Notes: generated by a model not told the origin, from the letters alone. A DNA stretch of 56,600 nucleotides, filler included, from Circinaria calcarea (GCA_051942165.1; 4 parts of 4 records of this genome joined end to end with filler, not necessarily neighbours in it), one strand, 5' to 3'. Positions 26,995-43,584 are shown, counted from the whole stretch's first letter. Program-made: numbers and translations.

Positions 26995-28284
26995 TACAGC
27001 GTCAGACTACGCTTTTAGTCTGTGGATTGACCCTTGGCGATATAAAGTTCAAACCAGCATTGCTCCAGAGCCTGCTAATGCCCGACCTTGTTTATGCTTC
27101 ACCTCCACGTCATCCGCCAGGAACTGTGCATACAAAAAGTTTGTTTTTTACTTACTAATACCTCTATACCTCCTTCTCGCTCAATGGCCCGGGAGTTAAT
27201 TAATATTCATACGGCTTCATGCTTACGCGTTGTCACGATGACATGACACGGATTGGGCTCATCAACTCTGGCTCCTTGTTTATGTGCACATATCCCTCGT
27301 CGCTAGGGTCTATAAGATATCGACATGGATGGATAGAACGTTATAGTTCTTGCTCGTTCAACTCCACGCTCTTTCAGGGGATGGCGTCTTCTGGTTCCTA
27401 CGGCTGCAGTCCCTTCTGAAACAGAAGGAAAGGAACTGTATTCACTCGCTTATACCCCCGGCTCCTGGCGTTCGTTTTGGCTCTCTTAGGGTGGCTGGCT
27501 GGCTTCGCTTTTCTGGGCATGACAAAGCACGAAGAAAACAATATATCTTGGAATTTAGAAGAAGTCGGCGGCACGTTTGTTCTCTCTCTTTTGGGGATAT
27601 TGGACGGGAGATATTCCAACGCAACCATGTGAAAACCTGTACATAGAAAAGTCCCTTTGGGGGTGTTTCTGGAATTGGGAACCGGGGACTTGGGGACTGG
27701 GGGTGCTGGCCATTTGCTTGATCGGGCTGCGATTGGGGAGGTGAGGGGAGATGATTGAAACTGGACCGGATTGAATGCACCGCGTGTTACCCCTTGTTTT
27801 CATTTATTATATGGCGGGCAGGAAGGGGGGGGGCTAGAATTGGGGGATATTTGTGGTTCGGTGACTAGGGAGGGGATGCGGGAGGAGAAGGATAGTGTTT
27901 AGTGATCCGTGAATACTTTACCTGCTAGTGAAACCGATTTCTATCTATCTATCCCTAGAGAGAAGAAGAAGAAAAAAAATCAAGGTATTATTTATCGCCG
28001 AAGAGAAGAAAAAAAAAATCCAATCATCCTCCTTTTCCAGGTGGCGGAGTTTCTCCGGGGCGGACCCTTTGCGTTATTGGTTTCCCCAAATGTTCTCTTC
28101 CTCCCAGTCTCGAAGAAGAAAAAAATTTAAAAAAAATCCCACTCCTTTTTTTTCGTTTTTCTTTCGTTTTTCTTTCGTTTTTGTTCCTTTCTCTTTTCTT
28201 TTCCCTTTCGTCTTCTTCTTCTATTCCAGATTCCTGCACCGAGACTGCGAATTCTGATAAATAGAATTGGTGTAGGCTGGGGGG

Positions 28285-28384
28285 NNNNNNNNNNNNNNNN
28301 NNNNNNNNNNNNNNNNNNNNNNNNNNNNTTAATTAATTAANNNNNNNNNNNNNNNNNNNNNNNNNNNNNNNNNNNNNNNNNNNN
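28285..28384. other. Assembly linker/gap
   Basis: Same N44-TTAATTAATTAA-N44 linker; flanked by G/C homopolymers and low-complexity A/T tracts. Confidence 0.97.
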
Positions 28385-29018
28385 CCCCCTCCCCTAAAAA
28401 ACAACCGTCACTAAAAAAGAATAAGTGCCCGAGTGCCAAAACAGGTAGCATCAAGAAAAAAATGCGCCCGTTGCACCAAAAACGCCCAGTGCCAAGTTCC
28501 CCCAACTCCCAAACCCATTGAGAAGAATTTCCCAAAGAAATCAAATTTGAGAACCGTACATCCCGTATCCCATGCTCTGTTCCAATCCGATTTCCCAGTT
28601 CCGATCTAAATCCAAAGAGCATGCTCTCGTCCCATTTTTCCGAGTCCCAGTTCTTGCCCCCTCCCCCTGCTACTGCATTGTAATACAGAGTGTCCCTAAT
28701 CCATACACATCATTTTCCCATCGTGCGAGCGATCCGAAAAAAAAAAAAATCATGTGCTGTAAGCCGTTGTTGTCGCATAAAGCTTTGGGTTGCTGCTAAA
28801 GTGCTGTTGGAAGTCCTATCCGAAGGCTTCGTTGCTGTAAAATGTCGTTGGTATCCCATGAACGCCGTCAACAGCCATTTCCTCAAATTTCTATAAATCG
28901 CGACAAAACAGTCATCCGTGCAGCCAAAGAACGCCAAACGCCGATCGATCAAGTACAAATGTCTAGTTGCTCCATCATATTCCGTCTCGCCCTTTTCTCT
29001 CGTATGGTTATTTCTTCT

Positions 29019-29826
29019 CTAACTTCTGTCCCTGCGGTTCCCTTTGCCTTTCTGTCCAGACCTTATAGTTTTGGGGATATCCTGCATATGCACCTCTCTC
29101 AGGTGATCTGTAAGATGATCTTTCCTTGTGAAGCCGTGCTCCCCCACGCGCCCGCACCATCCATGCGGGCAGTCGATCGGTTCTGGGAAATGGACCGTCT
29201 TCATATGGCGTTCGAGATCTGCTAGACGCTTGAAATTGGCCTTTGTGTCGCAGTCTGGGATTAGGCACGGGTAGATCTGTTTGGGTCTAATGGGACGCCG
29301 AATGGTTAGTGGAAGAGTAAAGATGATTTTGAAAATGCTCCGATGTAATGTGAAGTATGCTTGGATCGAGATGTAGCAGAGACTTACTTGACCCTTGGGA
29401 TTTCTACCTGGCCGGCCATCTCACTATGAGCATACGAAATTGGAGATTCCGGAGAAGCTGGATAGTATGTCGTAGTGGCGTATTCACCTCGAGGATAGTG
29501 TCCATCCTGGGGTGAAACCGAGACGTAATGGGGAGAGGAGACTTGGGGGGCAAATGGATAGCCAGAGTTCAAGGAATCAAAGGAACTCCCACTTCTGGAG
29601 GAAAGGTTGGGAGCCATCTCATAGCCGTTTGCACTGTAGTTACTCGGTGGGGAAGAGTGATAGGGATAGGCCGTTGGGTATTCCTCATAGTCATTTGGGT
29701 TATGCTGATAGACATCTGGGTTGCCCTGATAGTCATTTGGGTCGGTCTAACAAGTGAGTTAGTGGAGAACACAATGATTAAAAGGCGAAGATAGGAGCTC
29801 ACAGTGTAGTACTGCGTGTAAGACAT
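29019..29826 (-). CDS. Small two-finger C2H2 zinc-finger protein; 3 exons
   Basis: MSYTQYYT|TDPNDY...VEIPRVK|PKQIYPCLIPDCDTKANFKRLADLERHMKTVH..CPHGWCGRVGEHGFTRKDHLTDHLREVH. Introns 29747-29802 and 29287-29387 have CTAAC branch sites. Confidence 0.85.
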
Positions 29827-32800
29827 ATTGATAACTTTTCGTCCCCGACTTAGAACGCACAAGGTTGTATTAAGTAGAGGGACAATTGAATAGAAAGAAT
29901 TTCGGCCTGCTAGGTAGTGAAGGATAGCACAACGACAAGCTGATTGAGTTTGAGAACGTTTCCTGCAGAAGGAAATGCTTGGGATAGCGTTGGGTTCCCG
30001 TGGCTTTATGTAGCTAAGACTAGGAGGCTCTGATCGCCTTCTCCTAAACCAGAAACCTAACTGTCGTTGCGAATACACACAACTTGACTAGTAAAGTATG
30101 CAGCAAGTAAGGTAGAGAGATGCCTACAAGGAGATTATCTGTTAGCGGACGGTCTGCGAGGTGAGGCGACATGTCAAAACGATGCTGCATAGTAGGAAGC
30201 GGGCCCTGTTCAGTGAGATTAACCGCTAACACAGTACAGCGCATGAACGCTGCCATATGATCAAGGAACTTAGTGTAGTATGGAAGTATTTCCCGCTTGA
30301 GGGCATACATTCAATGTACCGAGTATGCGACAGTCAAAGAAGATGTTGTTACCGGTGTCATGAGATTCTGATAGTAACTAAAGACGGGAAGAGCACATAC
30401 GCTGATTGGAAGCCCTGAACTGATGGCCTCGGAATCTACCGATTGGAAGGAGCTCGGTAGGACTGACTTTGCTTTGGTGACCCGATCCTATAGAGTCAAA
30501 CTCTTGTGATGCGCCGGCTGACATGAATGGGTGGTGTGTTGAGCTAAGCTTCGAGTAACATTGGGGCCCTTCGAACTGGCGGATATCATTTCTTAAGCTT
30601 GATGGCAATACCAATCTTCCTACCGTAACAGCACTGATCGATAGGACTTGACTGGCCTCGCAAATACCAAGTCTCCCTTAACCCTCAAGCTCAGGCCGTA
30701 CAATGCTCTGCAGACTTCGCCACAAAGCGATGATCAATGCGAGAGAGATGGGTGAGGAACCACCCTGAACCTCACACCGAAAGGCTCGTTCGGAGCTCTG
30801 GGGAAGCGGGCAGACTTGCCGATGCAGCAATAGTCCGCTAATCCCAGGTCCGAGTCCTGCAAATGAGGCGTTTGGATTCAACATAATTGGCTTCTGACTG
30901 CGGCAAACAGGATCTAGCAGACCCTATGCAAGTGCCATTGGACACTTGCCCTGCGAAAATGTCCGATTTGCTTTATGCTTTTTCATCAGCCTTACTCCGT
31001 CGCCGGGGTGGGTGTGGAAGGCTCAGACGAGCCGGCCGGCAAAGTGGATAGAACCCTGTCATATCTGATCAGAGAAGTGAGCGAGTCTGAGAAGCCGGGA
31101 ACAAGACAGAGGAAACCAGGAGGGTCGAGTGCTCTTGCGCGCCCTGAAGCATCAGTCCTTTAGACTAGAGCAGGGCGCAGTGCCAAATCGCATCGCTCGC
31201 CGAGGCTTAGTCAGCGGAAGATAAGAGAGACTTCGGCACACAGGGAGCCTGGAAGGACTTGCAGAATCACGATGATACCCTGCCACCGGTCAAAGAGCGA
31301 AGAGGGCGAAGTCGATTCGTCGCAACGGGCGTGGGAAAGCAGGTGTCGTTGCTGCCTGGACGCCCAGGACCCAGAGGCAACCGGTGGGCACATTGCCCTC
31401 TTTTAACCCAGCCGCACTTTCCTTTCTTCTCCCTTTCTGACAATTATATCGTCATGTAAATTTTGAAGGGTGCGCGTATAAGAAGCGACAGTTGTCTTAG
31501 CGAGTTTGCCCCGTTTTGCCTTAAGGCGGACAGAGCCTCCAAAAGGGGGCGCAGGGGCCCGTCTAAGAAGGAGGCAATTGGCATGAGAAGTGAGAGAGCC
31601 AAGCGGCGCGTAGAATGAACTGAGGATACTTGCGACAGGACTGTCAATTTGCAAATGGGTTAGGACTAATCGGGGCGAAGGGGCGAAGGCCAAAGGACGA
31701 GGCGGCTGGCGGCCTTCAATCCATCCACGGCAAAGGTAGGAATTCAACGCAGGTGGAGAGATTGATGGATGTGCAACGGACCACCCCATGTTGTTGCAGG
31801 TCCTGTACATCGCGAAAGGGACTTGGGAGCCACAACACCGCCCTGTTCGATTGAGATGCGCCGGAGAGCTTGTCTGGCCACTTACATTGGACGACGGTGA
31901 AGTCATTATCGACAATCACAACGCCGGCACTGGCTTGGCCTGTCATCTGAGATGTAGATGAATGGATAGCCTCGAGAAATGAGATGTTGCTGCTGCTGCT
32001 GCAGACCAGACGTCAGTCTGTGGGACAGCTTTCAGTCCAACCAAAGAGGACATGTCGCCGACGCACTCGGTAGCCTTGCCGACGTCCCGGTCTCATCACA
32101 TGACCGACTTCTCAGGCGAACTGCACTTCCTAATTTTCCTACCCAACCGTCGACTTCCTAGGGCTGATGGTCCAGAGGAAGCATTCAAGTATTGCATCGG
32201 GACAATTTCTGCTCACGGCTTACATGTTTTGTTCCAATCCTAGTCCAAAAACAGCGTTCAGCGTCACTGATTTCACTGAAAAGAAGAGGCAACATCGCCA
32301 CGACTCAAAGAGCCAGATGACGCATGAACATCCAGTACGGAGTATCGAGAACAAACTGACGCCGTTGCATCGCATGAATGATAAACATCAGACTCCTAGT
32401 CTCCCAACCAAGGTCCTAGTTGCGATTCAGGTTCCTACAAGTATTGTGAAGTGCAGCAATCGGTGAACCCCACCAGCGTTTCCACTAAGGACACTTCGAT
32501 CAGCCTACACATGCAGGAATCTGCTCCGACGGCGTGTTCCAGAATCCTATCAGGCCATGTATCATAGCAGTGAACTCTGTCAGATGGAAGCTGCATGATC
32601 GGTCCCAGTAGATACGACTTACCGGGTTTTCCTACATCTGTATCTAGCTGACACATCTATTAACGCCTCCTGCGCCGGTTTCCAGGACACGAACAGCAAG
32701 GCTCCTGCAAGGTCGCTCGAGCAGGTGAGAGTTTGTTGGCTCAGTGTGGTGCTGATCGCCGACAGCCTTGGAAATCGAGAATGACTTAGACTTCAGCCTC

Positions 32801-32844
32801 TGGGCACATAAAGCATCAGTCATCTCATCAGCTAGTTCATGTGA

Positions 32845-34188
32845 CTACAAAGTGCTGTCCAAAGCTTTATCTCTCATGCCAGGTATCACCCTCTCGCACC
32901 ATCCACAACAGCTCCTATTCTCTCCCCTCCTCTCCCTTCCTAAATACTCCGCCTTTTCCCTCTCGTCCTCGTACTCCCGCACAGTCTTCCCGACTCTCTC
33001 TCGCTTCTTGATCTTCTTCTTTAATACGCCCCCGATTCCCTCCATCTCTTGTCTGAGATATCCCGCTTTCTCTTCTCTGAAATTACCGACGTGGTCGCTC
33101 GCATCGCTAGATAAATCCTCTCTGTCTGTCCTAACCTGAGGAGCCCGCGTTCTATGCGGCGTTGGTATGGGAGGCGGTGATTCGCTAGCACCACAGTCTA
33201 TTTCAACTTCCTTGTCCTCTGCCGCCAAACAGCGCTTCCCACGCCCGCATTGTACGCCTTCGTTACCTTCGCCAATCCCCGTACCCAAACCGCCAAGGTT
33301 GGTACTGTAGCGTGTCCGCCAAGTCCAGATTCGTTTGTACGTAACATCGGCACTCGATAGAGCCTGACCGCATTCATTGCACAGATACACGGCGTCAGGG
33401 CACGAACAGGGACCGCGGGTAAATGCAGGAGTGGTAAAAGCTGGTGGGTTGGTCGAAATGGGGGAGAAAGGAGAGTGCTCCGTTAGTTGGGGAAAAGGGG
33501 CAGCAAGGCAGGTCGAGCATAGCCGCCGATGGCGGTAGGGAAGACGACTCGAAGAGGTAGTAAAGTAGGATCCTCTATAGATGCAATTCTGTAGGGCGAT
33601 ATGTCAGGCAAGGGCCCTGGAGACAGAAAAAGAAGAACGAGGGGAACGTACCCGACAGACGATCCGGCCACAGTTCCGACACTCGCTGACCATGTCTCTC
33701 GCGCAAGCTCCCACTTTGCAATATGGGACCCAAGTCGGCATGAGGCTAAACCTACGAAGATGAGGATCTCGCAAAGGATCTACAGCCGGAAAGGGATGAG
33801 GGCGAATACGGCCGGCCTCCTCCGTTGAACAGCGCAGCGAATGTGCCGCCATCTGCTTGCGGTAAACCAAGAGGTTGGCGCGAAACTGGCGGCATGTTCG
33901 GGACAAAGCATGGAGGGTGTTGAGGTCCAACGAGCGCGCAAGCTGGGACACGATGCTATGTCGACACGGTCAGCCAATGGAGAACAGGGTCATCCAGGTA
34001 GGCATGGACAACGGATAGCAATTCAATGCCGCGGAGAAGCTGTTGACGTTTGGATTTGGCCCATCCAAGCTCGTCTCCTCTCCCTCCTGCTGCTGCCTGC
34101 TTCTCGTTCCTTTCCGCGTACCTAGTCGTTCGAGTAGATCAAGGCTATATTCGTCCCCGTCGAGGTCGAGGTCGAGTAGCACCACCAT
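32845..34188 (-). CDS. Conserved fungal hypothetical protein, F-box-like segment plus Cys-rich (CxxC) domain; 3 exons
   Basis: Spliced CYP|IVSQLARSLDLNTLHALSRTCRQFR...CARDMVSECRNCGRIVCR|NCI..RHRRLCSTC..CSCPDAVYLCNECG..WTWRTRYSTNLGGLGTGIGEGNEGVQCGRG..RSCCGWCERVIP. Start codon less certain. Confidence 0.8.
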
Positions 34189-34828
34189 GATGCCATGCAA
34201 CGATCAGACGAGCCTGCTGCGAGCTCATGAGAGCTACAGCTGCAACAATGGGGTTTTGGTTGACACATTGGGAAGACTTTGGGACTGACGTACGTCGAAG
34301 ATGTGACACGATTTGCCCCACTCTCTAGTACCCACGAGGGCTCAGCCCACCTTCCCTAGCCCCGCATCCAATTTGTTAGGGGATGATGCCCTACTCTTGA
34401 TGCAATAGTCTCCATGAGGTACATGGAGTATTCTAACCTTTGTTCACAAAAACATCAGTTTCCTTTACGTGCTTAGAGTCTTCAGTCAAATGGGTTGATC
34501 GAACTAAAAGCATTTGGTAAATACTTCGGACAGACCTGGGATATCAATTGATGTTTAGTATCCTAAGCCGATTCTCCATTTAAAGATCATATACTCCGTA
34601 CCTACTATGCCTGTCGACAGTTGAAAAGCAAAAAGACTTTCTGCTAAGCCAGCACTTGGCTTGACTGTATAGAAAAACGTAATGTGGATATGGGACACCG
34701 TAAGCATAGAAATCTTAGATCGTAAGAATATTGCCCACATCAAGCGTGACTAACAGATCCGCGCCTGTCCCAATCCCTAACGCCAAAAACACCACCCCTT
34801 GCCTCCATTCCCCCCAGAAATCCTCCTA

Positions 34829-36247
34829 TTAAGGCGTGCTGGCAGCATGAACGTCGGAAAACGGCCCTCTATCCTTTTTGTAGCTACCCAAGCCATGTCG
34901 TGGCTCGCGGGTAGCTCTTCGCGTTGCTTCTTCTATTATTTGGTTCAAGCTTGAAGACTTCTTATGCTTATGTCCCCGTGAGCCCGATGATGAACTGGAC
35001 GCTTTAAACGAACCGGCAACTTGCGGAGGTGCAGGGCTGTCCTGGATGACGGTAGTCGCATCCGAGCGCCGGTTGGAAGCCATGAGACTCTGCTGCGCTC
35101 GAGTCGATTCCTCACCCTCATCGCTAGAAGCGTCATCAAAGGTTGATGAATCATTGCTATATTGAGGACTAGCATTCCGTTCTGGCATCTTCATGAGGGG
35201 GGTTTCAGCAGGTTCGTCTTCCGAAAGCTCGTGAAGTGCGTCCACCCTCGGGTCCAGCGGGCTTGCTCTTGCGTTGGATGGACTTCTCGTTACTGTCACT
35301 GTCCTCGGCGTCGCCATCCGACCGATAATGGAGCTCTTGGTGCTTAAGGAATTGGTAGATGGCATGGATGGCATGGATGGCATGGATTGTATGGGCGGCG
35401 TTGTCGGTCTGGAAGTACTCGTAGGGCTGTTCTTCCCACTTGATTTCAAGCTGACCGGGACAGCTTTTCCACGCGTGACCGTCTGAGCAGCAACAGGATT
35501 GACAATGGCGTTGTTTCCATACATCGTTGTTGCAACGCTGCTTCGGTCAGAGTTGGCGGAGTATGTCGAGTCCCGTGGCATGAAGAAATGTTGATCTTGT
35601 CCCGGGATATGTGGGCTAGACGTATCTGAGATATTCATGGAGGCAGCAGGGATTGGTGGCATGGGAGGGATCAACTCAGGTGATGATTCGACAGATCGGT
35701 TGGTAACCCCGGGAATGTAGGCTATCTGAATGACATTGGATGCTCGTGTGTAATTGGTTGAAGCGATTGAGCCCACTGTCTGTGTAGATGCCCTGGCATC
35801 TCGACGCTGGGAAAATTGATCACCACTCTTCTCGGCTACCTCTCCCTCATCAACCCATTCATTCTGGTCGAATTCCTGTCTCCTCTTCTTTATGCAGAAT
35901 CTCCAGACGAGGTATGTTACGACCACTATTGCGACAATACCGCCAACCACACCACCAGCAATGGCTCCAGCCACAGACGGCCCATCATTGCTAGGGGATC
36001 CTGATGATCCGTTTGGGCTGACCGACTCGATTGCCACGCACGATGTGGAAGCACATGCATCACATGACTGGATTGAGAGAGAGCATGTTTGACCCGAAGG
36101 ACATGTCGGACATGCAGGATTGGCTGTTGGGCACTGAACGCAACGTTTCAATAGACTGTGCATGGCATTCTTTATATCTGGTATGAAGCTTAGCGCAGAA
36201 GCTTACAAATAGGACGGGCCAAACTTACCTGAGGTGACAAAGTCCAT
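34829..36247 (-). CDS. OPY2: Opy2-like membrane anchor protein; 2 coding exons
   Basis: MDFVTS|DIKNAMH (intron 36178-36228), Cys-rich CVQCP..CPTCPSGQTC..SCDACASTSC domain, TM AGAIAGGVVGGIVAIVVVTYLVWRF, conserved SIAST..TRASNVIQIAYIPGV. Confidence 0.88.
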
Positions 36248-37667
36248 GGCAATCTGCAACTTGCAGGTACTTTGACTTGTAGGCCTTCACCTGTCTGAAT
36301 CAAAGTGAACTGGCTCGTCAGAAGCAAGGTCGTAATCCAAGATGTGTATATCTCATATGGCAGTACCGAAAGGGCTATCTGAGCCGAATTGAAGGATTGA
36401 ATGTAGTTAGTAGTCGTGATATGGTTCCGAGGAATGAGGTTAGGTGGTTAATCGATTGCTTGTTGGTCGGCCCAAGATCAGTTCGGCGATACAATGAAGA
36501 CGAATGGCAGAAAACGAGTGACGGATAATAGGTTCCTCCTTAACTAAGATGTAGCATCCGGGTTGAAAGGACACAGCGCCTGTACGAGGTCTGTGTTCCC
36601 TCAGTACGATTTCCGAGTACTCCTGAGGTGCGATGGAAGGTCGCCCGTCGTTCTTACAATTCCGTGTACCTGTGCGCACGACGACAAAAGGCTATCAAAG
36701 ATTGAGACCGTACGGAGAGACGAGTAATTCCAATCCGTGGTATTGCGGCAGTCATCTCAGAGGTCCAGGAGGTGAGTCTGTGGTTGTCGCTTTGTTGGAA
36801 GTAGGAGTACGACGAGTTCAGCAAATGGGCCAGCCAATCTCGGCCTAGCCAGGGCGCCACCAATATTGCGACTACCACGGCACTCAACGGCAGCAATATT
36901 AATCATCCGAGATTGAGCCTAAGGTAGCATTGGCATAGATTATGTGGAGCCTTGCCAAGGCCAAGGCCAATACTATCATAGAAGACGTAGGCATTTTTGG
37001 ACTTCGAGCTTCCTCAATCGTGCAGCTCCCTTTCCTTTCCGTCACTGCTGGGATGGATACAAAAGTATCCACGTGTGGGGCATCTCGACGCCGTCGGGTA
37101 TTTAATCACTGAATCTTTTCAATTCTTTCATAGACCATGGGTAAATCTGGAGGCAATCCCCTTATTCCCATATCGAAATCTACAGCTTGACGTACTTGAG
37201 AAGAACCAGGACTAGTTTATATATTCACGTTGGTCTTCTTGCCATTTTGGTTATCGAAGCTCCGCGTTGTTCAAATATCACCCTTACTCCGTATACGCCG
37301 TCGTATTTTCTACATGCTATTTTCTGCATAGTCATGCAACTACTCCTAAAGTGGAGTCGCACTTGACTGTAATCGCATAGCGCGGCTATCCGACTCCTGT
37401 ATGGTACGGATTGCGTCACGATAGGATTAATAGCCAAGGTGCCAAGAAACCAGGCTGACGACCTATCTCTTACCTGCGATGGTATGTATACTTGAGTGTC
37501 CAATGCCCGCCGACTAGTTTTTGATCGTTAGAGAATTTCTTCCTTCGATAGACTCTAGAAGTTAGAGAAGGTTGAAGACGTCTCTACTCTAAATTGTACC
37601 ACTCTTCCCGGTTAGATTGACATCTATCGATACTAAATCCCAATAAGGGTCCAGCCTCAGTGAAGCA

Positions 37668-38309
37668 ATGGCGAACAGCTTCAAGCGAACACTGAATGCT
37701 CAAAATGAAGAAGTCAGCCTGCACGGAGGAGCTCGAAAAGCTCGGTGGATGGTTCCAGAGAACAGCTCCAGCGTCCACCAGATTGAGTGCATGAACCCTG
37801 CCTTTGGCCGTGGAAAGGCCCCTTCTTCCAACCCCATTAGACCTCCCTACCACTTTCATTGGCACCAGGAGGAGACCTTTGTCATTCGACAGGGCGTTTT
37901 CATTTTCACTCTCGAAGGGCGAGAGTTGAGACTTTCCGCTGCTGATGGCCCAATCCGCATTCAAAAGGGGCTTCGACATACCTTCTATCCAGACCCCGAA
38001 ACGGACGAGACCGCAATCGTCGAGATTACGGCTAGTCCAGAAGATAGCGGCCTAAGCGAGAGGTTCTTTAGGAACATATATGGTTATCTAGATGATTGCG
38101 AGAAGACAAATACAGCACCGAGCTTGCCGCAATTATTACTCTTCCTCGACTCGGCGGACGTTTCACTAGCGTTCCCCGGCCCTGCTCTCTTGGCGAATCC
38201 GGCATCCCGGCTTTTCGGTTTGCTGTTCGGAAGATATCTCGGCTGGGCTCTGGGGTATAAAGCCAGCTATGATGAATACTACGATCCGAAGAGAGCCAAG
38301 AAGGCATGA
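37668..38309 (+). CDS. Cupin-fold (RmlC-like) protein
   Basis: Intronless 213 aa. Cupin motif 1 PPYHFHWHQEETF, motif 2 IQKGLRHTF, then ERFFRNIYGYLDD..PSLPQLLLF. Confidence 0.85.
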   Translation: MANSFKRTLNAQNEEVSLHGGARKARWMVPENSSSVHQIECMNPAFGRGKAPSSNPIRPPYHFHWHQEETFVIRQGVFIFTLEGRELRLSAADGPIRIQKGLRHTFYPDPETDETAIVEITASPEDSGLSERFFRNIYGYLDDCEKTNTAPSLPQLLLFLDSADVSLAFPGPALLANPASRLFGLLFGRYLGWALGYKASYDEYYDPKRAKKA

Positions 38310-39372
38310 GAGGATCCATTTATGAGGAGTTTGCCTATGGCATAACCGGATAGCAACTAGTATCTGAAATCTGATCTGCTCATTGGCATACTCGCATCCA
38401 AAACAAGGCAGCAAAGGTTGTGACTAGATAGATATGTGAGCAGCCAGGGCACGTCGTGGACGTGACACAGTCCCGGTTTTGTACATGTAGAGTTCCGAGA
38501 CTTCACGGCGCTTGGTTGTAAGTTGGAATTCAGACATCAGAGTCTTTGATTATTAATTGTGCTCATGAGGACCTCGTAATGATTTCAATTTTCCAGCCTC
38601 GATCTGTTCACGAGTTCTGTTTATCAAAACTGTAACGGGAGGGAAAACCTTTGGGATCACATAAGATCCGTACGGCCTAGCGCCGATTTCTATTTCAGGG
38701 GCGTGTTTGAGCTGGACCATGGGAGCCTTAGCGCCATTACCGTACGGAGTAAAGCTCGATGTAATCGGCGTGCAGGCAGCTGAGAATTTTCTTCAGGAGA
38801 AATGGCAGCAAATGACGAGATTGGCATTGCGATCGGATGCAAAATGCGTAATCGCAACCACTGTATACACATGTTTGGTGAAAGGATATGAATCCAGGCT
38901 GATAGGTAATCGATATACCGTGCGGAGTAGTGCGCGATTGGTTGGAAAAGGGCTTCAGAGCGGAAAGGAGTATGGTAGTGTGATCGCCACAATCCGTACT
39001 AGCGTCCAACTTCCCCTTGGATTGACGTTAGCCGGCTCCGTAAAAAGACCAACTGAACAAAGAGAATCCTCAGCTTTAACACGTCCCTTCAGTACGACTC
39101 ATATTCAGAAAAACACCTCCTTCTCCTTCTCCGGCAAAGCTATTGTAGACGTCCTCGCGCTCGACTCTCTTACGACCTGTTGACCCACTCCGCCTGTCAA
39201 TCTATACCTAGCATTCACCTGCGGACCCACCCTGCTTGCGGACGCGTCTCCCTTTTCCTTCTCCATTCATCACAGAATCGACTGAAAATCCTCGAGGCCT
39301 TCGCCCAAAGCGCGCCCCCTACTTTTAATTAAACATTTCTCCAACAAACCAATCAGGCGCCCCACCAAGAAC

Positions 39373-42446
<3,074 letters not shown>

Positions 42447-42546
42447 NNNNNNNNNNNNNNNNNNNNNNNNNNNNNNNNNNNNNNNNNNNNTTAATTAATT
42501 AANNNNNNNNNNNNNNNNNNNNNNNNNNNNNNNNNNNNNNNNNNNN
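42447..42546. other. Assembly linker/gap
   Basis: Same linker; truncates genes on both sides. Confidence 0.97.
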
Positions 42547-42547
42547 C

Positions 42548-42764
42548 ATCGACATGCTATTGAGGGATCTGGGTCTCAAGTGGCTGAGGAAACCGAGCCG
42601 TTGGAGCGAGTGGTTTGACCCCTATGGCCCGAAAGATTATGTAGGGTTGGTTGATGAGTGGAGGATTGAGGTCAGTCGATCTGAAATGGCATCTGAGGGG
42701 GCGCAATATCCTTAACCGTTATACTAATGAACTGGTACAGAACGCCAAAGCAATGCCGATGTAA
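42548..42764 (+). CDS. 3' fragment of a probable flavin-containing monooxygenase (5' part missing at gap)
   Basis: IDMLLRDLGLKWLRKPSRWSEWFDPYGPKDYVGLVDEW resembles the C-terminus of fungal FMO-like proteins. A probable final intron (about 42671-42740) precedes NAKAMPM-TAA. Not in the ORF track. Confidence 0.6.
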
Positions 42765-43476
42765 GAGCGGTTGTACGAAGGTCAGATGGAGTCAAGGAGC
42801 AGTACCTATTGTACAAAGTCAGTGGCAGCTGAGAGAGAGGAGGAGCAGGCGGTATTCTGAATCGCGATCGCTATAGATATGACTGGCTTGGCGGAATGAT
42901 GATTGACAGACGGAATGTACGGAGGCAACTTTTGCAAAAGGACCGCAACACAGCAGAGCAGAATAGAACCTTCAAACTTGTAGACCTACCATGATCTCGC
43001 AGAAATATCCCTCTTTTCCATCTTCCCGCTTCGTACGACCTTTACCATGGACCCTCACCCTGGAGAAAGAAACCGTGCTTTACTCGAGAGAACAAACTCG
43101 GCCCCACATTTCCCTTTCCGCGTCCCATCCTTTCCCCCTATTTTCGCGTCCCATCGTTTTCTCCCTCTGCAAACGGAGTTGGAGGAGAGATTGTTTCGCT
43201 GACCACTTTTCGAATAGAGTAAGAGTCAAGAAGCTAAACTCTCGTGCACCGGAAGGGAAAGAAAGAACGTCTTTCGCCCCCCCTTAAATCACGGAAGGCC
43301 GTTCACCGTAATTACTCGCATTAACTAGTGAAACGGGTGCCGTACGTAGTTGCGGATACACAAACTCTCGCTTCCGAGTACCGAATTACCGAGAGCCCGA
43401 AAGAAGGAATTCAGGTTCGTTGGCGTTAAATAGGCTTTTAGACTAGGCTTCATTGAGGTTTTCGCGTTTCTCGGAC

Positions 43477-43584
43477 CGTCTACCGCAGTTTATGGTATAT
43501 AATTATGCTATCATATTGTAATAGGCTCGCGTATATTATAGCCGCGAGCACACTAACAATATGATAGTATATTATATGTAGACG
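43477..43584. repeat. AT-rich inverted repeat / hairpin
   Basis: Nested arms CGTCTAC/GTAGACG, CTATCATATTGT/ACAATATGATAG (12 bp, extending imperfectly outward) and GCTCGCG/CGCGAGC around an 11-nt loop. Confidence 0.75.

Noticed and set aside
27900..28284. A-rich/T-rich repeats and Lys/Phe-rich ORFs
   Set aside because: Low-complexity contig-end sequence.
38707..39183. 158-aa ORF upstream of chitin synthase
   Set aside because: TTG start, no recognisable motif, overlaps the expected promoter.
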